Shown piece after piece: positions 24,685 through 37,182 of a stretch of 64,000 nucleotides of DNA. The position numbers and the translations under genes were made by a program. The stretch covers positions 14,820,001-14,884,000 of the forward strand of contig NC_045696.1 in assembly GCF_009834535.1 (NCBI RefSeq), written 5' to 3'. Under the pieces are notes generated by a model. The model was given only the letters and a program-made list of their open reading frames with translations, made no database searches and was not told the origin of the DNA. Positions within the stretch are counted from its first letter, which is position 1. Each line of letters begins with the position of its first letter. The stretch comes from Camelus ferus (Eukaryota).

Positions 24685-26582
24685 CATAATTCACCATATC
24701 AACAGGCTAAAGAAGAAAAATTACATGATTACAACAATTTGATGTAGAAAAATCATTTGACAAAATCTTATACCCACTCATTAAAAGAAAATCCCAGTAA
24801 AGTAGAAATAGAAAGATATTCCTCCACTTGATACTGCATTTATTCCACTACTGTCAGGAACATGGCAAGGATGCTGTCTCCCACTACTCCTATTTAATAT
24901 CATACTGGAAGTCATAGCTAGTGCAAAAGATAAGAAAAAAGATATAAAAATATAAAATTAAAAGATAAGGATGAAATATTTATTTGTAAATGAGATGATT
25001 ATAGTTAGGACAACAAAGAATCTACCAAAAAATCCTGGACAGAATATATCATGTTGAAGGATAAAAGACTAAAACAAACAAACAAAAAAAGCCATTCCTT
25101 TCCAAAATAGCAGCAACAAACAATTGAAATTTAGAATAAAAATAGAAGAATCTACCATTTACATTAGCATCAAGAATATATAATACTTAGATGTAAGTTT
25201 AACAAAATACATTCAGATTCTTTTGCTGTAAACTACAAAACAATGATAAAAGTTATCAAAGAAGATTTTGATAAAAGGAAGGATAGTCTATATTCTAGAA
25301 CTGAAGACTCAATCCAACCAGGGTTTCTGCCTCTCTTCTGTTGTTTTTGTTATTTATCTTTGATGAAAGTCTCAGAAATCAAGTCATATTGTCCCAACTT
25401 GATCTATAGACCAATGCAATTCTAATCAAAATTCTAGCAAAATATTTTTGAAGATACCAACAAATTGATTCTAAATTTTGTATAGAAATGTGAAGGATCT
25501 AGAATAACCAACACAGTACTGAAGAAGACCACTAAATTGAACAACTCAAACTACATGATTGCAGACATAAATCTAGAGTAACCATGAGGACATAAAATTG
25601 GCAAAAGAATAGACAAATATAGTAATGGACTAGAATACAGAGTCAAAAATAAATTCACACAAACATAATAAACTGAATTTTGACAAAGGAACAAAGGCAG
25701 TTCAACGTAGAAAGAATAGTCTTTTCAACAAATGATTCTTGAACAATAGGACACCCTTATGTGGGGATTAAAAGAGCCCAAACACAAAACTCGAACAGCT
25801 TGAAATGTATCATGAACCTAAATGTAAAATTTAAAACTATAAAACTCCTAGAAGAAGCACAGGAGAAAATATATGTGACCTTTGGGTTTGGTAATTCATT
25901 TTAGATACAAATCAAAGATGAAATCCATCAGAGAAAAGTAGTTAAGTTGAAGTTTATTAAAATTGAAAACTTTTGCTCTGAGAAAGACACTGTTAAGAAA
26001 TGAAAAGATAAACCATAGACTGGGGAAAATATTTGCAAAAATATATATGATAAAGGACATTTAACCAAAATATATAGCAGATTCATAAAAATGAACATTA
26101 AGAAGATGAGTAACCCAATTAAAAATGGGCAAAGTATCTGAACAGTCACTCCACCAAAGGAGATATCCGGTGGGCAAATAACTATATAGAACGATTTTCA
26201 ACATAATTTGTCTTAGTATACCATTGCTATTGGAATAGCCAACATCTAAAAAACTGACAGTACCACTTGCTGGCAAGAATGTGGAGGAACAGAAATTCTT
26301 ATTTATGACTGATGGGAGTGCAAACTGACACAGCCATTGTGAAAGACATTTGATAGTTCCTTACAAAGCTAAACATTGTCTGCCATTCATTCCAGCATCT
26401 GTGCTTTTAGGTTGCTTCTTAATTGATTTGAAAATGCATGTCAGTAGGGTTCTTTATATCAGCTTCATTCATCATCACAAAAACTGGTAGTGACCAAGAT
26501 GTAGGTTAATGGGTAAACAATTGGTGGAAAAACTATACAATGGATTATTTTTCAGCAATAAAATGAAATGGGCTATCAAGCA
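24685..26582 (+). mobile_element. L1MC/MD-type LINE-1, decayed ORF2 (RT to C-terminus) and start of 3' UTR
   Basis: Begins 'caccatatcaacaggctaaagaagaaaaa...gaaaaatcatttgacaaaatc' (HHINRLK...EK.FDKI) and ends 'aaatgggctatcaagc'. Many stops and frameshifts. Confidence 0.9.
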
Positions 26583-26689
26583 ATTTGGTCTATTACGATA
26601 GGTAAGTGACACAGATTAACCAGGGCATCTGTATACCATTAAATTAGCAAATGTTAGATAATTTTTAAAAATGAATATCTAATTTTAAG

Positions 26690-26885
26690 AAATTATTGAA
26701 TGTCCTTTATAATGACATCCATTAAAAATTAAGCTTTGGAGAACATTTAAGAACATTAGAAAATCATACTCAATGATCTGTTAAGTGAAAAAGTTGATAT
26801 ACAAGACTGTAGATATAACATAAAGCATATTTTGTAAAAAAAAATATACAAATACATGTATGTGCATAGGAAGAATTCTGGCAGT
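26690..26885 (+). mobile_element. L1ME-type 3' fragment
   Basis: 'tgttaagtgaaaaag...tatgtgcataggaagaattctgg' resembles the L1ME4 3' UTR. Confidence 0.45.
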
Positions 26886-27019
26886 GTTTTTGGGTTCTCA
26901 ACTACTTTTAAAACTGTGGGCTTGTTCTTACACGGATTTTTCTAAGCTAAAAGGGTCTTTGTCCTTCTTTCTTGTCTCAGAGGGTTCCACAATCCAAAAC
27001 AGTTAATAATTGTGAAAAC

Positions 27020-27140
27020 CCATCTCTTTATGAGGAAGGCCTAGAGATGTTAAGCAAACTTTATCAGGGTTTAAAAAAATAATCCAGAAATCTTGAGTGC
27101 TGCAGCCTGGTTTCCTGACTCCGTGTCTAGTGCCTTCAGA
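27020..27140 (-). mobile_element. MIR fragment
   Basis: 'atgaggaaggcctagagatgttaagcaa...ttcctgactcc...agtgc' matches antisense MIR. Confidence 0.5.
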
Positions 27141-28133
27141 CAATTCCTGTTGCTGCTCAGCCTTTGAAAAATGTGTCAAGTCATTTTAAATAATTTAGGA
27201 AAAATGTATTGAAAATGTACTTCTCTGCTTATTTCTTTGTAGAAATTGTCACTGGAATGTTATCTACTCTTACCTGTAGAATCAGACTGCTTTATTTCAG
27301 TTTGCTCTTTAAATTTTATTCTCAAAATCACATGAAAAATATTATTTGCTGGAAGCCTTGCACATTTCATCACAAATATAAATTCTTACTCGACCAAGTG
27401 GGCTTTCTATTATATATGGGTAGGTAGAGAGATAGAGACGATACAGACAACATAGATACTGATACAGATGGTATAGAAATAGAGATACCTCATCCTAGAA
27501 ATGTTTTACACTATTAACTGGTAAATCCTGTGTTAATTGATTATATAAACTTTGTCCTAGATCCTGTGTGAATTGTACTAATTGCAAGTGAGTTACTTCT
27601 ATCACTATTGGGGTTTCTCATACATCTAAAAGATTTAGTTGATTTCCAACACACAAGTTCATGTTGCGTTAAGAGTTACTGGAATCAAATAGTATATCGT
27701 CAGGAATTGGTTTGGCTGTGAAGATAACACCCACGTAACCAAATTGTTTCTGCTGTTTTTTTTTTTTTAGAACAATGACTATACATTTAAGATAATTTTG
27801 GATTCATAACTTTTTATGCAAAGCCTGACTGCACAAGCTGATCATACTGATGTTTATTAATACTACTCTTCACGTTAAAAAAAAAGTGAAATAAAGAGTA
27901 GGAATTGAGTGAATATCAACTTTCTACATTCTCTTTCTAAGTATTATGATGTAATGTGAAATTCCCTCATGAGTAAAACGACAGATGTAGGCATCCTTGA
28001 CAACTGATATTTAATAAAGGCGAGGTTGTTGATAAACTGAAAGGGAATTCATAAGCCAACGGCGAAAAGCAACATGTGTTGACTGGCAGCAGGGTGTATT
28101 AACTAACTGGAATTGCCTCTTGCATTCATTGAG

Positions 28134-28300
28134 ACATTCCCCAGCCCACATGTGTCATCAAAGAAAGTGCCACGTGCCACATGAAGAACAGGAAATGACT
28201 ATGCACCAAATGTAGCATATATTTTTTTTTTAATTCTGAGAAGATTGTGCTGAAATTTCATATGACTTTGGAAAAGCAAAATTGTGCCTGCTCCTTTGAT
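28134..28300. promoter_or_regulatory. Candidate enhancer motif cluster
   Basis: ACATTCC 28134-28140, CACATGTG 28147-28154, ATCAAAG 28157-28163, CACGTG 28171-28176, ACAGGAAAT 28188-28196 and CCTTTGAT 28293-28300, all in repeat-free sequence. Confidence 0.35.
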
Positions 28301-29026
28301 ATTTAGGGTGAATAATAGGTCCTAAGATTAATGAACTCACCAAATATTTATTGTTCTCTATTTCTTATTTGGTATGTTTTAGTTTTCACATGAACTTTAA
28401 TTCTTAGTCTTCAGGAATAGCAAAACAAAGGAAAATTTCAATTCCGTTACCTTTGTCATTTCCTATGCAGGAATGAAATAGTGATATAAGTACAAACCAA
28501 GCTATCCCTAACCCTGTTCCTTCTTCCCCCTCTCCTAGTCATTCTTTTACCATCTCCACATGCCCTCTACCACTGAATATCTGGTCAACCTTACATCTCT
28601 GAGACAAGTTAGAGTGCCTTTACCCAACTCTTAATTCCTCTGTGCATTTCTAACCCTAATCCCTGGAGTGGTAGACTAAATTTTCCTCTTCAGTGTGGCA
28701 TGGATATCAGCCAATGAGAACAGAAGCCAGCCAAAATTAACTGTCTTCAGTGTGTTCTTTTTGGTAACATTCTATTTCATAGCAGCATTTGACACATGAC
28801 TCCTCCCACCTTCTTGAAATGTCCATTTCTCTTGGTTTCCAGTGAGCTATATTTGTTTGGTTACATTTCTATCGTTATGTGCTCCTTTTCAGAATGCTCT
28901 TTTCACTCCTTTTCTTCTACCAGACTTCTGGGCTACCTCAAGGCACAATTTTCAGAATTTTTCTTTTCTCTGTTGATACTCATTAAAAGATTTCATCTAG
29001 CCACATGCCATTAGATACCATCCATA

Positions 29027-29592
29027 TGTCAAACACTTCTACACTGCTCGTCAGTTAAGCTTCTTAGGCTTAAGTACACATTCAGACTCAAGACACCATC
29101 ATAAACCACATTTGATATTACTCTGCTTAGAAGGTTATCAAACATTGCAGCAGCTCAACATCAAAGATTCCTTGCAGGAGTATTTCTTTCAGTGGTCCGT
29201 GCTACAGTCCAGAGAGTCACCCAGAAGAAGTCAGCTCAGATGATAGTTCAGGTTCACAGGGGTGAGACCACACTGGGTAGCTGGGGAAACTTCTCTGGCA
29301 CAAAAGCCTCATTTCACACAGGAGTGAATACCCCTACAGGCATAGCTTTCAGAGTCCCTGCAAGAAACATGCCTGTTACAAGAGTTATTGCCAAAAGTAT
29401 AACCTTATTGAATATTCATAGTTCCTTGCCCAGACGCAATTTACAAATTAGGGGGTGATTTCTGTTTTAAGTAATGTTACCTGAAGATGACATTTAACCT
29501 ATATCAGATTACCACGGGAACAAAGCCTGCAAGTTAACTGTAGGTCAAATCCTCATGTTAAACTAGAACAGAATGGCCTATCTTTGCCTGTA
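29027..29592 (-). mobile_element. Probable ERV solo LTR (family unassigned) inserted in L2a
   Basis: About 566 bp of non-L2 sequence interrupts otherwise colinear L2. The minus strand ends '...gtgtttgaca' (CA terminus) and begins 'tacagg' (possibly a decayed TG). No clear TSD. Confidence 0.55.
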
Positions 29593-30337
29593 ACTCTCAG
29601 ATTTCTATCTCTTGTCTAGACTTTTTCTCTGAACTTCATACTCATATATCCTACGGCTTACTTGACATTTGCACTTGAATATTTAATTAATGATGCCCAT
29701 TACTAACATCCACATTGGAATTCTTGATTTTCCCCACCAAACACATTCTCCCAGTCTTTTCATTCTCACTAAACAGCAATATCTGTCTAGATGCCAGTAT
29801 CAAATTGTTAGAACCACTCATAACATCTTTCTATCTCTTATAGCCCACATCCAATCAGCAGATACTGCATGTCCAAAACCCAGGAATCCTCCCAACTCTT
29901 ACCGGTACCTCCATATCTTGCATATCCACCATTTCGTGCCAGTTATTGCAATAAATAAATTACTCTAATGCCATTCTGCTTTATCACCGCCTTCTAAGCT
30001 ACTCTCAATAGAAGCCTATGTGATCTTTCTTAAACCAAAGTTAAATTTCATCACTTCCTTACTTAAAACCTTCCATTGGCTTCCTACCCCCTCAAAATAA
30101 AATAGCATGACCTTCTTATGCCTACGGATTCTTCATAATCTGTCTCTACTTACTTCTCTGCCCTCGACTCATGATGCTCTCACCATACTGGCCTCCTGGC
30201 TGATCATTGAATTCACTAAGCATGATTTTACTCAAAACCTTTGCAAAAGCTGCCTGGAATTTTCTTTTCTAAAATATCCTCATGTTTGGTCTTTATAATT
30301 TTAAGTTCTTACTGAAGTGTCACTTTAATAAAGGCAT

Positions 30338-30374
30338 TGCCCTGACATAAAACTGTGCCCTGACATAAAACTGT
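30338..30374. repeat. Perfect 18-bp tandem duplication (tgccctgacataaaactg x2)
   Basis: Directly visible, inside L2a. Confidence 0.95.
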
Positions 30375-33034
30375 ACCCTGCCCTGAAAATCCCTATACTT
30401 GTCACATGTTTTATTTATCTTCATAAAAATCATCACCATCTAATATACTATGCACTTAGATTTTTGGTTTGCTTGTTGATGATATGTCTTGTTCACTTAA
30501 ATGTAAGTTCCCTGAAGTAAGAAATTTTGTGTGTGTGTGCTTTTATAGTTGCAAATGTTATATATAAATCAGAACCCAGGACAAATAGTCTCTCAATAAA
30601 TATATGTTGAATAAATGATTAACGAAATAAATGACTAAGTGGCATGAAATGTGTATGGCTGTATGTGTCACTGTGTGTCTATTTTGAATTCATTACTGAG
30701 TATGAAAATACTCTACACAGTCTTTTCCCTCAAATATCATATCTCCATAGAATGGGGCTGAAACCTCTAGGTAATAACTAGTTAATCACTTTTTATGCAT
30801 CAATCTCATCTGGCAGCTAATAGGGCCTTTTAAGGTCCAATCTCCTTGCATGGTTCTACTGAGTTCAAGTTCATTCTTAATAACATGAATTGGCCATCTT
30901 TCAAAAGAGCTCCTGAATTCTTGGGTTCATTGTTTGTTTCTCCTCCAGGACCCTAATATCTAATATTTTCTTTGCTAAATCCAAATTTCACATTTTTCTT
31001 TCAAAATTCCCTCAGAAGAACAACTCATAGCACAGTGCCTTCTGACAATCTACTGTCAACATGAATATTATTATGAATTTTCATATATAATGAGTGACTT
31101 GTGATGGCATTTGTGACTGGAAGACCACCATTTGGAAGGGTGTACATTAGTTTCTGCTTTCTAGGGAATCAACATTTATCTTTGGAGTAGACCTACCTGT
31201 ATTCTGGGAGAAGAGTTGCTTATATCACACACATAGAAGGTAAAAATATAATTAGGGAAGGAATCCAAGGAGATGCTTTGTAAAATTAGGTGGAACAACT
31301 TGATCGTATGATAGAGTTGTTGCAAAAACTGAATTTGAAAAAAAAAAGATACCAAATGTTTATTTAGAGTATGCCAAGCCCATAAAATACATTTTTTAGG
31401 AGTATTATGTATCTTATTTGCTTGTTTGCTTTGGTCTCAACATTTACTCAGAGTAGAGTGGGAGCTAAAACCAGATGAAAGTGGGTGGGGCTTTAGGTTT
31501 AATCTTACATTTACCGAATGCTAGAAGGAAAATCATGTAAGGGAGACATCTGAGTCTGCTTAGAGGATACCCTGGGCTTACTGAGGGTGAGACGCACACT
31601 GTATAATTAAGATAATATAAATAAACTTTGCATAATGTAATATCAACTACTGTGATTGTTTTTCTGAACCTTGGATCCAGGCAATTTCCTGTTGGGAGAG
31701 ACTCCCAAAAGGAATTGATTTATTATTCTTCATGAATTATGTAACATCTGGGGCAGAAAATGAGGTGAGACTTGAACTTGGAAGGAGAATAATGTTCTTT
31801 TTTGTTGAAGATCAGGAAGTTGAAAGAAAAGATTCCGGCTGGTCAGGCTCAGCTGGGCACTTCTACGTGGAAACCTGCCAGAAGCCCAGGATTAGGGGCT
31901 GGAAGAGTAGGTAAGCATAGTTATAAGCTTCTTTTCCTTTTTACTTCATTCTCGTTCTGTTTTGTCAAATCGTATTTGAAAGCACGGTACTGTCTCAATT
32001 GTATTATGGGGGATTAGGGAAAATAATGATCCTTTCCCTCCATCAGAGGTCACTGAAGGGCATCAGATGGTCACTATTAAGTCTCAAATGTGTGGTTATA
32101 TCAGAAAGTTTGGCCACACTATACCATTTAGCAGAGCTATACCATTAAGATGAGAAGACCAGAGGGAAGAAACTTGAGTTTATTACATTTTTTCTAGAAA
32201 ACAATGAGGCCGATAGCATGAAGTGAACAGAAATAGCTGGGAAATGAGTTTTTAAAATCGAGGCTGAGGTGGACTTTGACAAAATAATTTGATATAAAAC
32301 AGGTACATAAATTCATTCTATAAATACCATTTCTATACAGATTCTCAGAGTTGTCTTACAGAAATTTTTTGCAGCTCCACTACATCTACTCTGCCAGCTG
32401 TTACTTTAGCTTCTTTGGTGCAAGAAATGAACTAAAACCCTTCCCTTGGCTTGGATGTATATTTACTTCCATAAACAATGTTTCAGAAAGTGTCACCTGG
32501 CCTTACTTTCTCTCCTTCAGGGAGATGCATGTTGGAATTTCCATGAGACTTGGCAACAACTCTTACACTTCATAAATATGCTCCCCTGTAGGACATTCAA
32601 ACTCATGTGTAAATTCCCTCTTGGTAAAGTATTAGAAACCAAGGTAAACGGTGAATAAATAACTCTAAACAAAGATTCCATTTGACAGTAAATTATACAG
32701 AAATCACAGTAAACCATTTCAGTGCAGAAAATTTACCAGGATATATTTTTAAAAGATAATTTAAAAAAAGTTAAAATTCAGAATCATACCTGAGCCATTA
32801 TTTTGTTTAATGCAGCTAACTGTCTTAAATGCATGCAATTTTTAAGACATTCTATAAAAATGTTATCTGTAAGACTTTAGTGTCTCAATATTGTATAAAT
32901 GTGCAAATATAAGAATTTGTCAAAGTTTGGTTTTAGAAATCACATATTAAATTAAGAATAAAAATCAGATTAATAAAATCAACATAAATTGCCTTCCTTT
33001 CCAGTTTCTTTTTTATTAAAAATATCATGATGGT

Positions 33035-33460
33035 AGTCATATTAATCAGATTTGGTTTTGTGAAAAAATACTCCAATGATTAGTGGAAAAAGCAATGATC
33101 ATATATTTATCCCTGATGCTGTGATTCAGCTGGGTGGTGTTTCTGGTCTGGGCCTACTTAGCTGATTTTTACAGTCAGTAGGTAGAATGGTTGAGAGAGA
33201 TAGAACAGCTGGATAGCTGGATCCTTTCTCCTACTTTTCTCTTGTCCTTCAGAATTCTTGCCTGGACTCATTCACATGGAGGAAGAAGGATTCCCATCAA
33301 TGAAAAAGTGAGCACTATGCACAAGCACTTTTCATTTGTTATTCTCCCACTGTACAGGGAAAGGCACATGGCCAAGCAAAAACCAGTGTGTAAAGGTACT
33401 CTCCAAAAGCATACATTCAGGAAGGAAATCTTGGCTATCAATTTGCAAACAATCCCTCAG
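33035..33460 (-). mobile_element. MaLR LTR (MLT1G/H-like)
   Basis: 'cagctgggtggt...ctggtct', 'cctggactcattcacatgg', 'cacatggccaagc' and terminal 'tttgcaaacaatccctca'. Confidence 0.65.
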
Positions 33461-34689
33461 TAGACATGTTTAACATGAGTGAGATCCTAGTAAATAAATA
33501 GAGAAACAAACCAAAAAAACAATGAAAGTTCAAACAAACACACTTCATAGTACAAAATACTCAAGCTCTGAAGTATAATATTTCTCTCTTCATATTATTT
33601 CTTTTCATATTTACATCTAAATCTTTTTATGTATCTTTGAGTTTCATTCTGAATGACATGCTCATTAACCACACCCAGGGAAAATTCATTCCATAATTAA
33701 CTGGAAAACATAAGACTAATAATTAACATGCATAATTTTATTCACCTGTCTTCTTATGAATCCAGAAGTAATTAATATTGATACAAAATAATCACAATTA
33801 GTACATATATTTCAGATGTCACTTGAATGATTATTCTTTAACATACTGATATGCCTAATAGGTTAACTCTGAAGCTATCTTAGAAGCCAAAGAAATCTGA
33901 GCAAAAGAAGAGGCAGTACCAAATCTATCGTTTGAACTGGATATAATTACTATCACTGAAAATTTCATTGTTCTTGAGAGTATTCTGGGTTTCTTTTCAA
34001 TTATATTTATGGTTGATGCTGCTGCTAACCTTTGCTTAAGGAGACAGTATTATGAAACACATGAATACCGCAGCTGCCAGAAAAAAATGAGGTAATAAAG
34101 AAGGAGAGAAAGTTTGGGGCGTGTGGCCCATTTCCATTTGAAACCACCTACATAGCTTGAAGACAGAGCTGCCTGACTACAAATAATAAATAACATGGCC
34201 TACTTGAAGATAATGCCAAATGATATCGTACCATATGAGTTGATTGTTGGGATCCAATCAGAGCCTCTTAAGTAATATGAGAAAATTTTGTGCTGGGGTG
34301 TTGTGAACTGTGTTGTTTTTCAAGTTGAGTTTAGTTGAGGCATGAGGTCTGGTGTATACAGTGAATACAAAGTTCCATTTCAAAGAAATGTATTCTTGCA
34401 GAAAATATTTAAACAATGAATGAGGTATAATCCTGGCCAAAAATTTGCAATATGAAAACAGGATTAAATTGTTAGCTAACTAAGCTTAAATCCATAACCT
34501 TGTCTATTAGTTCTCTTGGGAGAGTTCACAACTTTTATGGTATGCAGTTTAAAGAGAATAGAGAACATCTCATTTCAAAATAGATGTAACATAAATTTAA
34601 TGAACTTGCTAGAAGTTTCTTCTGGGGCTTCTAAATAATACTAATATTGCTTTGCCTCATTTCCACATCATATATTACCAGAATATAAA

Positions 34690-34860
34690 AATCTTAGAGT
34701 TTACAAAGCATTTTCCCATTTGACTTTCACATAACTGTGTGATGTGCAGTAGTGGAGAAGACTAATTTTGGTTGAAAGGAATTGTGTTAGTTTTCAAGGA
34801 TCATCCAATAGATAATTGTGATTTAACGAGGGTCAGAATTCAGAACTTTGTATATTCCAA
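34690..34860 (-). mobile_element. MIR fragment
   Basis: 'gtttacaaagcattttc...cacataactgtgtgatgt...caaggatca' matches antisense MIR. Confidence 0.5.
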
Positions 34861-36057
34861 ATTATACAATGTGATAAATTTTATGTAAGCTTGCACAAGC
34901 AAAATTTTAAAAGATTTCCTTTTGACATTTATTTCTAAAAACAAATCCATGTTTATATAAACAAATACAAATCTCTTATCATGAGAATATAATGCTTTTA
35001 AAGGGTTTAGATATTTGTTTTCTTTTTGAAAATCTTTGATATTCTTTGTAAACTTTCAATTCCAACATGAAATGTAGAGAGATTTAAAATTTTATTTGTG
35101 TACTACTGAAATGATAGTATTTTGTTACAATTCTGTTTTACAGAAGGCTTTGTTTATATGAGGAAAAAGATCTTAAATTGTTTTACTTTAGCATTTACTT
35201 ATATAACAATATAAATATATTAGAATACATAAGAACATTTGAGTCACTAGAAATTTGGAATCAAATTTTAAATTATCATTTAAGACAGTAATGACTAGAC
35301 ATTTTCACAAAACTGTTTCATGAGTTATAATTCTGAAAGTGAAATATCAATTTACATACCATTAATAGTACAAATCAGATCAAATTAAATATAGTGTACT
35401 GGAAATGGTAAACTCTAAGTGGATACTTTTTGAATGAATCATGTAGAACCAAATATTATAATAAAAGGAAAACAGAATAAGTAAACCTAAATTTTTCTAC
35501 TACCTTTGTATGGATGCTTTAAAACTATTTTATAATATGTAATTTTACTTTATATCATACTATATTAATAAACTAATGTATAGTTTAATTTTATATACAT
35601 AAGTATATGTTCATATATAAATTGTATGTATACATTTGTATAATAAATATAAAAATCTATGCATTTTTACCAGGTTTGACTTACTTTCCTACTACAGCTG
35701 TGACACATAAACTAAGTTTCTCAGGGTAACTAGCTTCCATTATTCCACAATTTGAAATGTACAGTTTTGAATGGGCCAAAGCAAGAATACCATAATCTAA
35801 CATAATTACCATAGAGAATGTTAAAGAAAATGCCTATTTGTGGATAGGTCTTATCCTAAAATAAAATTATTACTGAAAATATGAGTCCCAAGTGTCCATT
35901 TTAGTTTTAATTTGTTCTCTTAATAATTTCAAACAAGCAATAACATGGCAAATCTAACCACAAGATTCATAATTTCACTGCGGTTTACTGACTTGTATTA
36001 GCACTTGAAGAGTTTTCAAGTGTGTGTTTCATCTAATGTTTATTTTGACATTTACAG

Positions 36058-37182
36058 TGTGGATTCAAGACCTACACATGAAAGGCAAAGTTATGAAATA
36101 CTTTTAATGTTATTAAGAGACAACTTTTTGTCTTTGCAGTAAGTATTAAGGGATTTCTTTCAAAAAGGAACAAGAAAGGAAATGCTAGTACATTTCTGTA
36201 TATCGATAAATATAAAGAATGTGAACAGAGACACTGCATACTAGGCCAACAAATACAAAATTGACAAAGAATTATTGAAGAGAATATATGAAAAACTCCC
36301 ACAAATTAGTAAGAAAAATAGCTCAAATTAATAATTGGTACTGTGCACAAATAGACATTTGATGAATGTGTCATAATTGTATGAAAAGATTTCAACCTCT
36401 TTGGTAATTAGGGAAATTCCAATTAAAACCACAGTGAGATGCCATTTCACACCCACCAGATTGGCAAAAATTAACAAGTTCAAAAACATGAAGTTTTGGC
36501 AAGGATGCAGAGGAATGGGAACTCGTACAAAGCCGATAGGCTGTAACCGTAGTGCAAACATTTTTGAAGGCAATTTGGCAGCATCTAAGGAAGCTGAGAA
36601 TGTGAAGTGTAAATTCATAATCCCACTCCTGGGAATATGTCCTAGAGAAACTTTGACCTACGTTCAAGTTCACCAAGAGTCACGTAAATGAATGCTGAAT
36701 GCTCATAACAGTGGCATAGTTTGTACCAGCAAAACAAAGCAAGACTAACAAATGAACAAATTCACAAAACACTAGGACCAAGATATGCCTTGAGAGGAAA
36801 GTATATTACCACGTTCTTATAATGCAAAACTCTTCTGTAGTAAAAAAAAAAAAAAAAGGGGTGAACTAAAGCAACCCATATCACTGTAACTAAAATCTCA
36901 CAAAAATTATGTAGGTTAATAAAAAGCAAGTTGCAAGAGGAGCAAAGAAATAAACCAAACAAACAAAAAATTAGTTGCATGACCACTACCTGGTTTGCGG
37001 GAGAGGTAGAGAACAGAGGAGGAGGCGATGTAATTAAGGAAGGACATAGAGGAACTTCAGTAGTGTTACTCAAGTTTGATTTCTTGGGCTTGTCATTGGA
37101 TGTTGGAGTATGGATTAGACGTTTTAATGGATTACTATATATAAGTATTGACAACCATCTGTTTTCACAATTTAATAAAAAA
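36058..37182 (+). mobile_element. L1ME3-type LINE-1, ORF2 C-terminus and 3' UTR
   Basis: The ORF 36377-36691 peptide TSLVIREIPIKTTVRCHFTPTRLAKI...WQGC matches the L1 ORF2 Cys-rich C-terminus. The element ends in an A-rich tail. Confidence 0.85.

Larger units (their letters stand above)
28780..30638 (+). mobile_element. L2a LINE 3' portion, split by an LTR at 29027-29592
   Basis: 'agcagcatttgacac...ataccatccatat' resumes as 'actctcagatttctatctc...ctcatatatcc...acttgacat' and ends at the L2 tail 'ctcaataaatatatgttgaataaatga'. Confidence 0.85.

Noticed and set aside
29192..29458. 88-aa ORF
   Set aside because: GTG start, inside an LTR-like insertion, with no recognisable homology.
35040..35660. 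Extremely AT-rich stretch as a matrix-attachment region or origin
   Set aside because: Composition alone cannot support a function, so it is treated as low-complexity sequence.
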